Translations under genes and position numbers: made by a program | IMG/VR virus record: IMGVR_UViG_3300027732_000038 | Coordinates: 1 to 46,444 of that record | Source of the DNA: a virus | Taxonomy: Duplodnaviria > Caudoviricetes | DNA length: 46,444 bases | Strand: one strand, 5' to 3' | Notes under the pieces: model-generated | Told to the model about the DNA's origin: nothing | What the model saw: the letters and a program-made list of their open reading frames with translations, nothing else | The model's database searches: none | In this document: positions 1 through 12,500 of the stretch, one piece after another | Layout of the letters: each line of letters opens with the position of its first letter | Numbering within the stretch: position 1 is the stretch's first letter

Positions 1-1
1 C

Positions 2-1150
2 TTTGGTGATGGAGTTCTTGGTACTGCTGTAAGTGCTGGTAATGTAGTCACAATCGATTATTTTGTTTCTAGTTTAGATGCTCCAAATTCAGCGAATACA
101 TTTACATATAATGGAACATCAGTTTTAGGTAGTAATCTGTCAGTTGTTACTACAACTGCAGCAACAAATGGCGCAGCATCAGAAGATATTACTTCTATTA
201 AATTTAATGCACCAAGATTATTTGCAGCACAAAATCGTGCTGTTACTCCAGACGATTATAAAGCATTAATTTACAGTAAATTTCCTGATGCACAAACAGT
301 ATCAGTTTGGGGTGGTGAAGATAATGAGCCACCAATATATGGTAAAACATTTATTTGTATTAAACCAAAAGAAGCATCAAAGTTAACTCAGCAGCAAAAG
401 GAAATTATTTCAAATGAAATTCTTATACCAAGAAGTGTTGTTTCTATTACTCCTGAACTTGTCGATCCAGAATTTTTTAATATTAAGGTAACATCATTTG
501 TTTACTATAATCCTAAAGAAACAACTAAAACTCCACTGCAGATTGAAACTATTGTAAAAAATGCAATTTTAGATTATGATGAAAACGAACTTCAAAAATT
601 TGATGGTATTCTTCGTTATACAAAACTTACAGGTATCATTGATCAATCAGATGCATCAATTGTAAATAATACAACTCGTTTAATGGTTCGTCATCCTATT
701 TCACCACAGTACGGTACAAATGCTCAATATAAATTAAATTTAATTAACCCTATTTCTCAAGATGGTGGTGGACAAGGTGAAGTTTTTGCATCAACTGGAT
801 TCTTTATTGACACAAGTACTCAAGTACATTTTCTTGATGATGACGCTGAAGGTAATATTCGTTTATACTATCTTAATTCAAACCAAGATAAAGTGTTTGT
901 GAATAGAACACAAGGAACTATTAATTATGGGCTAGGATTAGTTCAAATTAATGGTTTAAACATATCTACTTTAGATGGACCCTTTTTTGAAATACAAGTT
1001 AAACCAGAATCATATGATATCGTTTCTGCTTTGAATCAAATTGTTCAGATTGACCCAACACTATTAAGGGTAACTGCCATTGCTGATAATACTGCAAATG
1101 GAGATACTGGTGCTGGATTCAACTACAAGTTCAACTCTATTAGATCATAA
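2..1150 (+). CDS. gp6: Baseplate wedge subunit gp6-like, 5'-truncated by the window edge
   Basis: The frame is open from base 2 (FGDGVLG...). It contains SIKFNAPRLFAAQNRAVTPDDY and VSVWGGEDNEPPIYGKTFICIKP, typical of T4-like gp6. The ORF-track start at 683 is only an internal Met. Confidence 0.93.
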   Translation, partial: FGDGVLGTAVSAGNVVTIDYFVSSLDAPNSANTFTYNGTSVLGSNLSVVTTTAATNGAASEDITSIKFNAPRLFAAQNRAVTPDDYKALIYSKFPDAQTVSVWGGEDNEPPIYGKTFICIKPKEASKLTQQQKEIISNEILIPRSVVSITPELVDPEFFNIKVTSFVYYNPKETTKTPLQIETIVKNAILDYDENELQKFDGILRYTKLTGIIDQSDASIVNNTTRLMVRHPISPQYGTNAQYKLNLINPISQDGGGQGEVFASTGFFIDTSTQVHFLDDDAEGNIRLYYLNSNQDKVFVNRTQGTINYGLGLVQINGLNISTLDGPFFEIQVKPESYDIVSALNQIVQIDPTLLRVTAIADNTANGDTGAGFNYKFNSIRS

Positions 1151-2982
1151 TGTCAAGAACTCAATTATCATCTGTTGTATCTAGACAGATCCCTGAATTT
1201 ATCAGGGAAGACTATCCAACATTTGTTGCTTTCGTAGAAGCATACTACGAGTTTTTACAAGCACAAGGAGTAGATCTTTCTTCCGTTAAAGATTTAGATA
1301 AAACTCTTGATTCTTTTATAGATCAATTTAAAAAAGAATTAGCACATAATTTTCCAAATATTGTTAGTGATGAAAGATTTCTGCTTGCCCATATTAAAGA
1401 TCAGTATCTTGCAAAAGGATCTGAGTCTTCTTACAAACTTTTGTTTAGACTATTATTTGGTAAAAAAGTAGAACTGTCATATCCAGGAACTCAGATGCTT
1501 CGTGCATCTGATGGAAGATGGAATCAAGAGATATCAGTGTTTGCTCATGTAGATTTTGGAGATCCACTTGAAATTGTTGGTAAGCTAGTTGATATTCAAA
1601 CTGAAACTAGATTGATTAGAGTTCTTGTTGACAGAAAAGAAGATCTTGTTGGTGAGATTGATCGTATAGTTGCACTTGGTGGAGATATCTACGAATTCTT
1701 TTTAGATAAAAGATTTTTTGGTGTATTAGAAGCAGGTGACAGAATTAAATTTAAAGACACTTTCCAAGCTACTATTCTTCCAGCTACACAAACTCCAAGA
1801 ATCACTCAGCCTGGAAAAAACTTTCGAGTTGGCCAAGTTTTTGAAGTTATATCTGGAAGCGGAACTGGTGCTTTATTAAAAGTTACTGCCGTTGATGATA
1901 ATAATGGTATTAAATACGCAGAGTTTATTAAATTTGGTTTAGGATATACTTCTTCTTTTGCAGTTTCTCTTTTAGCAACAAATACTGTTAATGCAGCCGT
2001 TTTAGTTTCTACCACAGCATCTACTGGTAGATCTGGTTCACCACTAGCTGAAGGTGGAACAGGATCTATTGTTCAAACAATTGGAGACAGAACTGCAGGA
2101 TTTGAAGAACAAGGTTTTATTAACTCTGTAGATTATGTTGTTGTTGACTTTGTTAATGGTACATATGCAGGTTCTGTGATTCGTGAGTTTTCACAAAAAT
2201 CTGCCAATGCTGCTACTAACTTTGATGACCCAGCGATTGTTGAAGTTAATCTTGGTGCTCTTGTAAGATATCCAGGATACTACACATCAAATGCTGGTTT
2301 TTTAGATGATTCTATTTTTATTCAAGATAGTAAATATTATCAAGCATTTTCCTATGTTATAAGACTTGACGAAAGACTTTCGACATATAAGTCTGCAGTT
2401 AAAACTATGCTACATCCAGCTGGTTTAGCATTATTTGCTGAATTTAATATTACAAATAATATAGATTTAAGTATTGAACTAGAATCACTTGTTAAGTCTC
2501 TTGGTGTTGGTCTTGAAGATGACTTTACGATATTTGATAGTGCTGTAACTTTATCTTCAATAAAAGTTGTATCAGATTCTATTAGTACACCAAACGATAG
2601 TAATATTATAATAGTTACTGGTAAAGTACTGGATGACTCAATAGATACACCAACAGATAGTTTTGTACAGTTATTTGGTAAAGCACTGAGTACCACATAT
2701 AGTGGAATGACCGACAGTACTGCTACACTCTCTATTGGTAAAGCGTTAGCTGATACCAGTGTAGGAACATGGTCTGATTCTATTACTAGCAAAGATACTA
2801 CTAAAGTGTTGGCAGATACACCAGTTATTTCAGAATCTTTGACAAACACCACGACTAAATATGTAGAAGATACGAGTATCGGCACTTTCACCGAAGCAGG
2901 AAAGGTTTGGATGAATTCATACCAAGCCCAAGATTATTATTCAGAAGAGTACAGCGTTGGTTTAGAAGAAACCTTCACTTAA
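1150..2982 (+). CDS. gp7: Baseplate wedge subunit gp7-like with a repetitive C-terminal extension
   Basis: N-terminal QIPEFIREDYPTFVAFVEAYYEFL, YLAKGSESSYKLLFRLLFG and IQDSKYYQAFSYVI...LHPAG match gp7-like proteins of cyanophage-type T4 relatives. It lies between gp6 and gp8 with a TAATG coupling to gp6. Confidence 0.8.
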   Translation: MSRTQLSSVVSRQIPEFIREDYPTFVAFVEAYYEFLQAQGVDLSSVKDLDKTLDSFIDQFKKELAHNFPNIVSDERFLLAHIKDQYLAKGSESSYKLLFRLLFGKKVELSYPGTQMLRASDGRWNQEISVFAHVDFGDPLEIVGKLVDIQTETRLIRVLVDRKEDLVGEIDRIVALGGDIYEFFLDKRFFGVLEAGDRIKFKDTFQATILPATQTPRITQPGKNFRVGQVFEVISGSGTGALLKVTAVDDNNGIKYAEFIKFGLGYTSSFAVSLLATNTVNAAVLVSTTASTGRSGSPLAEGGTGSIVQTIGDRTAGFEEQGFINSVDYVVVDFVNGTYAGSVIREFSQKSANAATNFDDPAIVEVNLGALVRYPGYYTSNAGFLDDSIFIQDSKYYQAFSYVIRLDERLSTYKSAVKTMLHPAGLALFAEFNITNNIDLSIELESLVKSLGVGLEDDFTIFDSAVTLSSIKVVSDSISTPNDSNIIIVTGKVLDDSIDTPTDSFVQLFGKALSTTYSGMTDSTATLSIGKALADTSVGTWSDSITSKDTTKVLADTPVISESLTNTTTKYVEDTSIGTFTEAGKVWMNSYQAQDYYSEEYSVGLEETFT

Positions 2983-3000
2983 TTTAAACAGGAGATCCCT

Positions 3001-3456
3001 ATGATTCAACAAAATGAAAACCTAAAAGCGACAGGTAAAGTTCGCATCGTTAAAACTAATGCACAAGGTGTTACAGTACAAGACTTTGAAGTGCCTAATC
3101 TAGTTGTTACAACTGGTAAAAACTTCATTGCATCTTCAATGATTAAAACTACAACTAATAGCCCAGCAGCAATGACTCACATGGGTATTGGAACTGGTTC
3201 TACATCTCCAGGTGCTGGTGATTCTGCTCTTGGAACTCAAACTGGTCGTGTTTCACTATCAGGTAATACAGTTTCTACAAACACAATTACATATACTGCT
3301 TCATTCCCAGCTGGTACTGGTGATGGTGCTATTACTGAGGCAGGTATTTTTAATGCATCTTCAGGTGGTACTATGCTTTGTCGTACTACATTCCCAGTTG
3401 TTAATAAAGCAGCTGGTGATACTATTGCTGTAACATGGGTTGTGACAGTAAGTTAA
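3001..3456 (+). CDS. Small virion structural protein, tail collar/fibre-attachment-like
   Basis: RBS AGGAGA upstream. The pattern NLVVTTG...HMGIGTG...ITEAGIFNASSGGTMLCRTTF resembles phage tail-collar/fibre N-terminal domains. Confidence 0.6.
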   Translation: MIQQNENLKATGKVRIVKTNAQGVTVQDFEVPNLVVTTGKNFIASSMIKTTTNSPAAMTHMGIGTGSTSPGAGDSALGTQTGRVSLSGNTVSTNTITYTASFPAGTGDGAITEAGIFNASSGGTMLCRTTFPVVNKAAGDTIAVTWVVTVS

Positions 3457-3478
3457 TTTAAGTTTAAGGTTCTGCTAA

Positions 3479-6466
3479 ATGCCAACTACTTCATCTCTAA
3501 TTAAAACTATTCTGCATAAAACTCTTGCAGAAGGTGTTTTCAAGGATGTAACTCAAAGAAGTTCTAACTATTACTATTTTCTTGGTAAAACACTTGAGTG
3601 GAGCGATGACACTGCACCACCATATCCTGTGGATAGTTATGCTTATGAACGAGCAGTTCGTAGTGACATTATAACAATGAAAGCAATTACACCTGCTGAT
3701 GTATCGTTTGTTATCTCTCGTGTAAATTGGACTACTGGTACAATTTACGATATGTATGATGACGAATACTCAACTGAGATTATTGGTTTAAATATTGTAA
3801 ATGGTGGAACAGGTTATACTACACTACCAACTATTACTATTACAGGTGGTGGTGGAACTGGTGCTAAATTTTATCCTATTGTTTATGATGGTTCTATTAT
3901 TGATATAGAAGTTGTAGGTATCTCTGATACATCAAAAGGTTCTGGATATACATCAACACCAACAGTAACTGTCACAGGTGGTGGTGGTTCTGGAGCTATT
4001 TTGCAAGCAATCTTAAACATTGCTCCTTCTGGAGAACAAAAACTAGAAGACTCTAATTTTTATGTTCTCACAGAAGATTTTAATGTGTATAAATGCCTTG
4101 ATAATAATAACAATGCTATTTCTACATCAAAACCACTAGGAACATCTACTACTCCAATCACAACTGCAGATGGTTATGTGTGGAAGTTTATGTATAATGT
4201 TCCAATTAATTTAAGAAGTAAATTTTTGTCAGATGATCAGATGCCAGTTGTTTCTGCTCTTACTAATCAGTTTTATTCTAATGGTGCCATGGACAGCATT
4301 ATTATTAATAACAAAGGAACTGGTTATACAACTGCAACACTAACAGTGCAAGGAGATGGATTTAGAGAAGAAGATCCAATATTTTTAAATAGTGTTTCAG
4401 CTTCTACAGGTGGTAATGGTTATGCAAGTCCAACTGTTACTTTTGGAGATCCAACTACAAGTGCTAATAATTTTGTTTCTGGTGCTGGTGTTTCTTTAGG
4501 AACTAAAGTTGTCAATAGTGTTTTTGATTTTTACGAAGTTGTAACTCCAGGAACCATGTCTTCTTCTGAACCTACTCATAGAAGAGGAACTGTTCAAAAT
4601 GGTACGGCAGCATTAAAGTACCTTGGCACTAGAGTTAAAGGAACTGTAGACACAACTGATACAACTGTTGCTGCTGGTTCATTTACTACTGGAGTGAGAC
4701 ACACAGTTGTTTCTATTGGAACTACTAATTTTGTCACTATCGGTGCTACTGCTGCAGCAGTTGTGACAGGATCTATTTCTGGAACTACATTAACAGTCTC
4801 TGCAGTGACTTCTGGAACACTTGCAGTTGGTGCTGTTATTAGTGGAACTGGTGTCACAGCTGGCACTTCTATCACTGTTCTTGGAAGTGGAACTGGCGGA
4901 GTTGGAACTTATACAGTTAGCGCATCACAAACTGTTTCATCAACCACAATTACTAGACAACCAGCAGTTGGCGCAACATTTACAACTACTGGTGCAGGTT
5001 CTGGATCAGGCACAGCATCTGTAAAAAGTATTTCTGGTATCACACTGCTTGGTGGAGTTAGAGAAATTAACATTACCAATGCAGGTTCTGGATATATTTC
5101 TGCGCCTGCAGTAACATTTTCTGGTGGTGGCGGATCAGGTGCTGTTGCAACTTCTAAATTAGTTGGCAGTTCAGTAGTATTTTGTATTGTTTCTAATTCT
5201 GGTGATAATTATACCAGTGACCCAACGGTAACATTCGGAACTGCATGGACATCAAGCACTGCGGTTTTAGTTAATGATCAAGTTTTTGTTTCAGGTAGAT
5301 TATACACTGTTACTGCTGCTGGTACAACTCATGCCAGTACTGCGCCAACACATACTTCTGGCTCAGCTAGTAATGGTTCTGCCACTCTAACTTATGCTGG
5401 TGTACCAGCAGCAGGAACTGTTACTCGCAGATTTGGTACTGGATACTCTGCAGTACCAACCATTACTATTACAGATGCAAGCAGAGTAGGAACTACCGAA
5501 GCAGTGTTATCTTTTTCCTCAACAAAATCAAACGCAAAACTTCTTCCAGTTCTTGATAGTGGACAAATTGTTGGTGTTATTGTTGAGATTCCTGGAATTG
5601 GATATTCTAATTCAACAATTACAGTTACAGGTGATGGTACTAATGCAGCATTAGTAGCAGATCATAATATCGGAACTATTCAATCTCTTCAAGCAAACAA
5701 TGAAATTTTAACTACACCTGGAACTATTAATGCTATTAAAATTATTTCTGCTGGTTATAGTTACGGTGTAGCAAATATTGAAATTCAAGGAGATGGCACT
5801 GGCGCAACTGCTGATGCTGTTTTAGATTCATCTACTGGTAAAATAACAAAAATTACTATTACAAATCCAGGACAAAATTATACATTTGCCAATGTCGTTG
5901 TAACAGGTAATGGGCAAGGTGCTCGTTTAAGAGCGATTATGCCACCATTTGGTGGTCATGGTAAAAATGCTCCAAACGAATTATTTGCTAGAACACTAGT
6001 GTTTTATAGCAATGTATCCACCGATTTAAATCAAGGTGTAACTGTTGATAATGATTATCGTCAATTGGGTATTATTAAAAACCCAAACCAATTTAATTCG
6101 GATCAAAGATTTCAAGGAGCAATTGGTTCTGGATGTTTTATTGTTCAAGCAACGATAAATACTACTGAGTTTCCAAGAGATACCGATGTTACTATAACAA
6201 GAACTATTGCTGGAGATAATTTTGAAAGAAGATATCGTGTAGTAGCTTCTTCTGCAACTAGTGCATTATTACAATCACTGGACAATGATATACCAGCAGT
6301 TAATGATGTTTTTTCAAACGATAGTAATGTTACTTTTACTGCTCTTTCCGTGGGTGTACCAACTATAGATAAATATTCTGGTCAGTTAATGTTTATTGAC
6401 AACAAAGCTGGGTTTACACCTTCAGACGATGAAACAGTTACCCTAAGAACAGTTATTAGATTCTAA
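3479..6466 (+). CDS. gp8: Baseplate wedge subunit gp8-like, enlarged by beta-rich insertions
   Basis: gp8-type motifs [54 protein letters not shown] and [11 protein letters not shown]. Multiple GxGYTxxPTVT repeats are inserted. Confidence 0.85.
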   Translation: MPTTSSLIKTILHKTLAEGVFKDVTQRSSNYYYFLGKTLEWSDDTAPPYPVDSYAYERAVRSDIITMKAITPADVSFVISRVNWTTGTIYDMYDDEYSTEIIGLNIVNGGTGYTTLPTITITGGGGTGAKFYPIVYDGSIIDIEVVGISDTSKGSGYTSTPTVTVTGGGGSGAILQAILNIAPSGEQKLEDSNFYVLTEDFNVYKCLDNNNNAISTSKPLGTSTTPITTADGYVWKFMYNVPINLRSKFLSDDQMPVVSALTNQFYSNGAMDSIIINNKGTGYTTATLTVQGDGFREEDPIFLNSVSASTGGNGYASPTVTFGDPTTSANNFVSGAGVSLGTKVVNSVFDFYEVVTPGTMSSSEPTHRRGTVQNGTAALKYLGTRVKGTVDTTDTTVAAGSFTTGVRHTVVSIGTTNFVTIGATAAAVVTGSISGTTLTVSAVTSGTLAVGAVISGTGVTAGTSITVLGSGTGGVGTYTVSASQTVSSTTITRQPAVGATFTTTGAGSGSGTASVKSISGITLLGGVREINITNAGSGYISAPAVTFSGGGGSGAVATSKLVGSSVVFCIVSNSGDNYTSDPTVTFGTAWTSSTAVLVNDQVFVSGRLYTVTAAGTTHASTAPTHTSGSASNGSATLTYAGVPAAGTVTRRFGTGYSAVPTITITDASRVGTTEAVLSFSSTKSNAKLLPVLDSGQIVGVIVEIPGIGYSNSTITVTGDGTNAALVADHNIGTIQSLQANNEILTTPGTINAIKIISAGYSYGVANIEIQGDGTGATADAVLDSSTGKITKITITNPGQNYTFANVVVTGNGQGARLRAIMPPFGGHGKNAPNELFARTLVFYSNVSTDLNQGVTVDNDYRQLGIIKNPNQFNSDQRFQGAIGSGCFIVQATINTTEFPRDTDVTITRTIAGDNFERRYRVVASSATSALLQSLDNDIPAVNDVFSNDSNVTFTALSVGVPTIDKYSGQLMFIDNKAGFTPSDDETVTLRTVIRF

Positions 6467-6474
6467 CATAAATA
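6467..6474 (+). promoter_or_regulatory. Putative T4-type late promoter (CATAAATA)
   Basis: One mismatch to TATAAATA, in the short intergenic gap before the 2110-aa gene. Confidence 0.6.
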
Positions 6475-6504
6475 GATTAGAAACAACTAAAGAGAAAATT
6501 ACGA

Positions 6505-9500
6505 ATGGCACTCGACTTTAACACCGAACCGTACTACGACGACTTCAACGAATCAAAAAGATTCTTGAGAATTCTTTATCGCCCAGGATTTGCTGTCCAA
6601 GCACGAGAACTCACTCAGATGCAGACTATTCTGCAAAATCAAATTTCTCGTTTTGGTAATCATATATTCAAAGAAGGTACTATGGTTATTCCAGGTGCCA
6701 TCGGTATTGATAATAAAGTTAAATATGTTAAGTTAGAACCATCATATGCTGGAGTTTTATCAGATACTGTTATTGAAGAATTTAATGGCTTAATTATTGA
6801 AAACACAGCTGGTGTTAAAGCACAAGTTATTTACTATGTCACATCTTCTGGTGCTGATGCAGGAGCATTATATATTCGTTATATAAATTCTGGTGATGAT
6901 TCGGTAACAAAAACATTTTCTGATTCAGATACTTTAACAAATCTTGCAGGAACAAATCTTGCAGGAGATACTATTGCTGCAGGTACATACACAGTTCAAA
7001 CTGCAACATCTTCTTCTACTGGAACTGGATCTCTTTCAACTATTCAGCAAGGTGTTTACTATATTAAAGGACACTTTGTTCTTGTTCCAGAACAAACAAT
7101 TATTCTAGACAAATTTACAAATGAACCTTCTTATCGTATTGGTTTAGTCACAACTGAAGAAATTGTTACTTCTGAGGACGACGGAACACTTTATGATAAT
7201 GCACAAAATTCATTTAACTATGCTGCTCCAGGCGCACATCGTTATTACATTGATGCAGTATTAACCAAACTTGCACTAGACAGTACAGCAGATACAGATT
7301 TTATTGAGTTAATTCGAGTTGGTGAAGGCAAGACTCAAAAGTTAGTCAACAAAACAGAATACTCTGTTATTGAAAAAGAATTTGCTTCTAGAACATATGA
7401 TGAGTCTGGTGATTACACAGTTAAGAATTTTGAAATCGATGTTCGTGAATACAGAAATAACGATCGTGGTGCTTGGACTTCAGGTAGAGTTTTTCTAATT
7501 GGTGATGTTGTAACAAATAGTAGCAAAACATATGTAGCAAGAAATAGTGGAACTGCTTCAAGCAGCACCCCACCAACTCATACTGCTGGACTTGTTTTTG
7601 ATGGTTCTGTTAGTGGTGTTGGTACATCAGGTGTTCAGTGGGAATATAATGAAACACCATACTACAATCGTGGTGTTTATACTCCAGGAACTACAGAAAA
7701 TCTTGCCACACAACAAATCAATGAAGCACAACTAGCTATCGGACTAGAGCCAGGAAAGGCATATGTTCAAGGTTATGAGATTGAAAAACCATCTACTGAA
7801 TTTGTAACAATACAAAAAGCAAGAGACTTTGTTGCTGTTGAAAACGCAGTTATTCCAGCAACAGTTGGAAACTTTATTTTAGTAACTAATATAAATGGTG
7901 CTCCAGGAATTAGCACTATGACACAAGTTAGTCTTTATGACAGAGTTACATCATCAGTTGGAACGATTCCTTCTGGTGGAACTGTAGTTGGTACTGCTCG
8001 TGTTCGCCTTATGGAATATCATAATGGAACGATTGGTGCACAAACTGCAATTTATAAATTAGGTTTGTTTGCTGTTACTATGAACACTGGATATGACTTT
8101 AACAGAGATGTTAAATCTGTTTTTCATGTTGGATCTAGTAATGATGCTAATTTAAACTTTAGCGCAGATGTTGAATCTACTACTGCAGTTGGATCTGGGG
8201 TATTGGTTCGTTTAATTGGTTCTGCAACTGCAGCAACTTCAACTACTGTTACTGGTACTGGTACTTCTTTCCAAACTGATCTTAAAGTAGGCGATTATAT
8301 TTTCTTGGGTACTGCCCTACGAAGAGTTACTGCTATTGCTTCCCAAATCTCTTTGACTATCGATTCTAGCGCAACTGTTACTGGTGTTACGATTGACAGA
8401 GTTGAAACCGAATTAAAAGAACCAGAGAATACTGCTTTAATATTTCCATTCCCTTATTTTGCAATTAAAGATGTAAGTGATACAGTTTATACTGTTTATG
8501 AAACATTTACCAGCAGTGTATCTGCTGGTTCAATTTCTATTTCTACATCCTCTGGATCTTTTGCGTCAGCTGCAGAAACTGATAACTATACAGTTATTGA
8601 TGCTGATGCCACATCAGGTGGTGCAATTGTAGCTGCAACTGCTGTACCTTCTGGATCTAATGCAACTCTTACTGTTAGTACTGGATTAAATGGAAGAAAT
8701 GTTTTTGTTATCGCAGCTGTTAATAAAAGCGGTGCTTCACTAACTGAAAAAACAAAAACACTAGTTTCAGCTGATACTGTATCATTTACCACACAAGCCA
8801 CTGCTCAAGTTACTGAGTTGTTGCTTGGACATGCAGACGGATATCGTTTAGTTTCAGTAAAAATGAAATCTGGAACATTTGCATCTCCAGGTGCTACATT
8901 TGATATTGATATTTCAGATCGTTTTATTTGGGATAGTGGACAAAGATCTACTCATTATGACCAAGCAAGATTAATACTTAAAAATTCTTATGCTCCACCA
9001 GAAGCACCAATTCAAGTAACATACGATTACTTTACTCATGGCACTGGTGATTACTTTACTAAAGATTCTTATCCTGCAACTATTCAATATGGAGCAATTC
9101 CTAATTTTCAAGGTATTTCTTTAAGAGATGTTATTGATTTTAGACCAAGAATTAATGATGCGGGCACAGGATTTACTAGCACTGGATCTTCTGTAACATT
9201 ACTACCAAAGCGTGGCATCGATGTTACAACTGATTTTGAATATTATCTAGCAAGAAAAACTAAAATTGCAATAGATTTTGGTGGAAAATTCTTTGCTATT
9301 GATGGTGTGTCATCATTAAATCCAGGTGAACCTCTTGATCCTGCTCTTGGATTAGTTCTTTATAATTTAACATTAGAACCATACACATTTGCTACAACAA
9401 ATACCAATGTACAAATAAATCGAATGGATAATAAACGATACACTATGCGTGATATCGGCAAGTTGGAAAAACGAATTGATAACTTAGAATTTTATACATC

Positions 9501-12500
9501 GTTATCATTGCTTGAGCAACAAACTGAATCTTTAGATATTATCGATGCAGATGGTTTGAATAGATTTAAAAATGGATTTATTGTAGACAATTTTTCAGGA
9601 CATAATACTGGAGATACTACATCTCCAGACTATTTAAATTCTATTGACATGGAAAAGGCAGAACTTCGTCCGTTCTGCGTAACACAAAATATAAATTTAA
9701 TTGAATCTGTTTCTTCTGATAATGATCGTGCTTCAGCAAATTACAAACTATACGGTGATGTTATTACATTACCAGTTGTTGCTGATCTTCCTCTTATTAC
9801 CCAAGCGTATGCTTCTCGTTTAGAAAATATTAATCCGTTTGCAGTATTTACATTCCTTGGTGATGTAAGAATTAATCCTTCTTCAGATGATTGGTTTGAA
9901 ACAGATCGTCGCCCAGATTTAGTTATTGATATTGAAGGTAATTTCAATACAATTAAAAATTTAGCTGAAAAGGCAGGTGTCCTTGGCACTGTTTGGAATG
10001 CATGGCAAACTCAGTGGACTGGTGCACCAATTAGCACTGGTCGTGTAGTATATACAGCAGGTACTAATTGGGCATCTGGTCAAGGTCAAGTTCGTATTTC
10101 TGTTGCCGAAATGAATGCTCGTTTTGGTGGTGCAGCAAATCACGACAATGCTCGTCAAGTTACTGTAGAACAAACTGCCACTCAAGTTGGTCAAAACAGA
10201 ACAGGTATCAAAACTACTCTTGTTGAAAAAATTGATAGACAAGTAGTTGGAGATCGTGTTCTATCAACTGCAGCTATTCCTTATATTCGTTCAAGAAATA
10301 TTCTTGTTCAAATACAAAAAGTAAAACCAAATACTAGATTCTATCCATTCTTTGATGGTATAGATATTTCTGCGCATGTAACCCCAGCATCTAAAATAAT
10401 ATACACTCCAACTGGTGCAAATATCGCAGCAAAACTAGTAACACATAACAAATTTGATACAGAAACAAATGTTGGATCTAATGCCACTGCCACCGCCAGA
10501 AGAATTGGCGGTGATTCTCAAGTATGTTTAAATCGTGGTGATATTATTACTGGAGGAACATCTGCTGCTACTGCAGTTGTTGTTGGAAAAGACTATAACA
10601 TTGACGAAGGAACATTTGCATTATATGTGGTAAATATTCAAGGAACATTTTCTACCAGTGAAACAATTACTGCATCAAATCCTCTAGGTTATGCTGTAGC
10701 TGCTACTGGGACTGTTGGAGCAATTACCACTAAAGCACTTGGTGGAACTTTAATTTCAAACTTTAATGGTGATGTTCAATTATTGTTTAATATCCCAAAC
10801 ACAGAATCATTAAGATTCCGTTGTGGTAGTCGTGAACTTAAATTGGTTGATGTCACTACTGCAAATGGTGCATTTACTTCTCGTGCCAGAGCAAATTATC
10901 ACGCAGAAGGTATTCTTGAAACTAAGCAAAGAACAGTTCATGCCGTTCGTAATGCAGAGTTAGCAACTGAACCACTTGAAGATAACCAAGTTATCACTCA
11001 AACTTCTGACCGAGTTGTTGCTGATACTGGTTGGTGGGATCCTCTTGCTCAAACATTCTTGATTGAACAAAAGGGTGGATGTTTCTTATCTAAAGTTGAT
11101 ATTTTCTTTGCCACTAAAGATACAGCGATTCCAGTTACACTAGAAATTCGTGAAGTAGTTAATGGATATCCTGGAAAAAGAGTTCTTGCGTTTTCTCGTG
11201 TAACTTTAAAACCAGAACAAGTAAACATTTCTGCAAATACTGTACTGTTAGATGATGTGAATGTTAATTCTTATGATACTCCAACTACATTTACATTCCC
11301 AAGTCCAGTGTATGTTCAAGAGAATGCTGAATACGCTATTGTTTTGGGATCAGATTCAAATAATTATAAAGTTTGGATTTCTCAAGTTGGTGATTTAATG
11401 CCAGGAACTGCTCGTACTATTTCTGAGCAACCATATCTTGGTTCATTATTTAAATCACAAAATGCTTCTACTTGGTCTGCAGATCAAACTCAAGATTTAA
11501 AGTTTACAATCTATCGTTGCCAGTTTGAAACTGGTGTTAATTCTAATGTTGAATTTGATAACGATGCTCTTACCACAGTTAGATTAGAACCAGCACCATT
11601 TGAAACTAGAGCAGGTGTTGCAAAAGTTCGTGTATATCATACAAATCACGGAATTCCATCTGGATCTTTTGTTACTATTAGTGGTGTTTCTGCCAATGTT
11701 AACGGTATTGCTTTTGCAGGATTTAATACTACACATACGATTAGTGATGTTGATTTAGATAGTTATTGTATTACTCTTGGTTCAAATGCAACTTCAACTG
11801 GATACAGTGGTGGTTCTCTTGTAAAAGCAACTAGACATATTCAGTTTGATGCTATTCAACCAATGATTCAGCTACAGTCATTCTCTGATACTCCAGTTAG
11901 ATTTGGATTCAAAGGAACAAGTGGAAAATCTGTTGATTCTACCACACAATCTGCTTATGTACAAGATGCTAATTATATTGGTGTATTGGCAAACGAAACT
12001 AATTATTTTGAATCTCCAAAGATGATTGCTTCTGAATTAAATGAAGCGGATTCTAGCTTTGGATTAAGTGGTGACAAATCCGCTAAGTTGAATATTGTTA
12101 TGAGTACTACAAATGATGCAGTTTCTCCTATCATAGACACACATAGACTAAGTTTAATTGCTATTGGGAATAAAGTTAATAATCCATCAGAGACCAACTT
12201 GAATGTGGCTTCTTTAGATTATAATGTATTATTAAGTAACGCCACTGGTGTAACTATTTCTGGTAGCACTATTACCACTGCAACACAACAAGCTGCATTT
12301 AAGACAGCAACTGTTGGTAAGTTTTTAACTATTGCTGGTGCTAGTTCTGGAACCAGCACTAAACTAATAACTGCAGTTGCTACAGATGGAACTTCTATTA
12401 CATTCGACTCTGCTCCAACAGCGATTACTGGTAATGCAACACTGACTCAAAGAGAAAAATTTGTTTCTGAACTTGCTCCATCAGAAAGTTCTACATATAG

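Noticed and set aside
683-1150. ORF-track 155-aa protein as a separate gene
   Set aside because: It is the C-terminal part of gp6; the frame is open from base 2.
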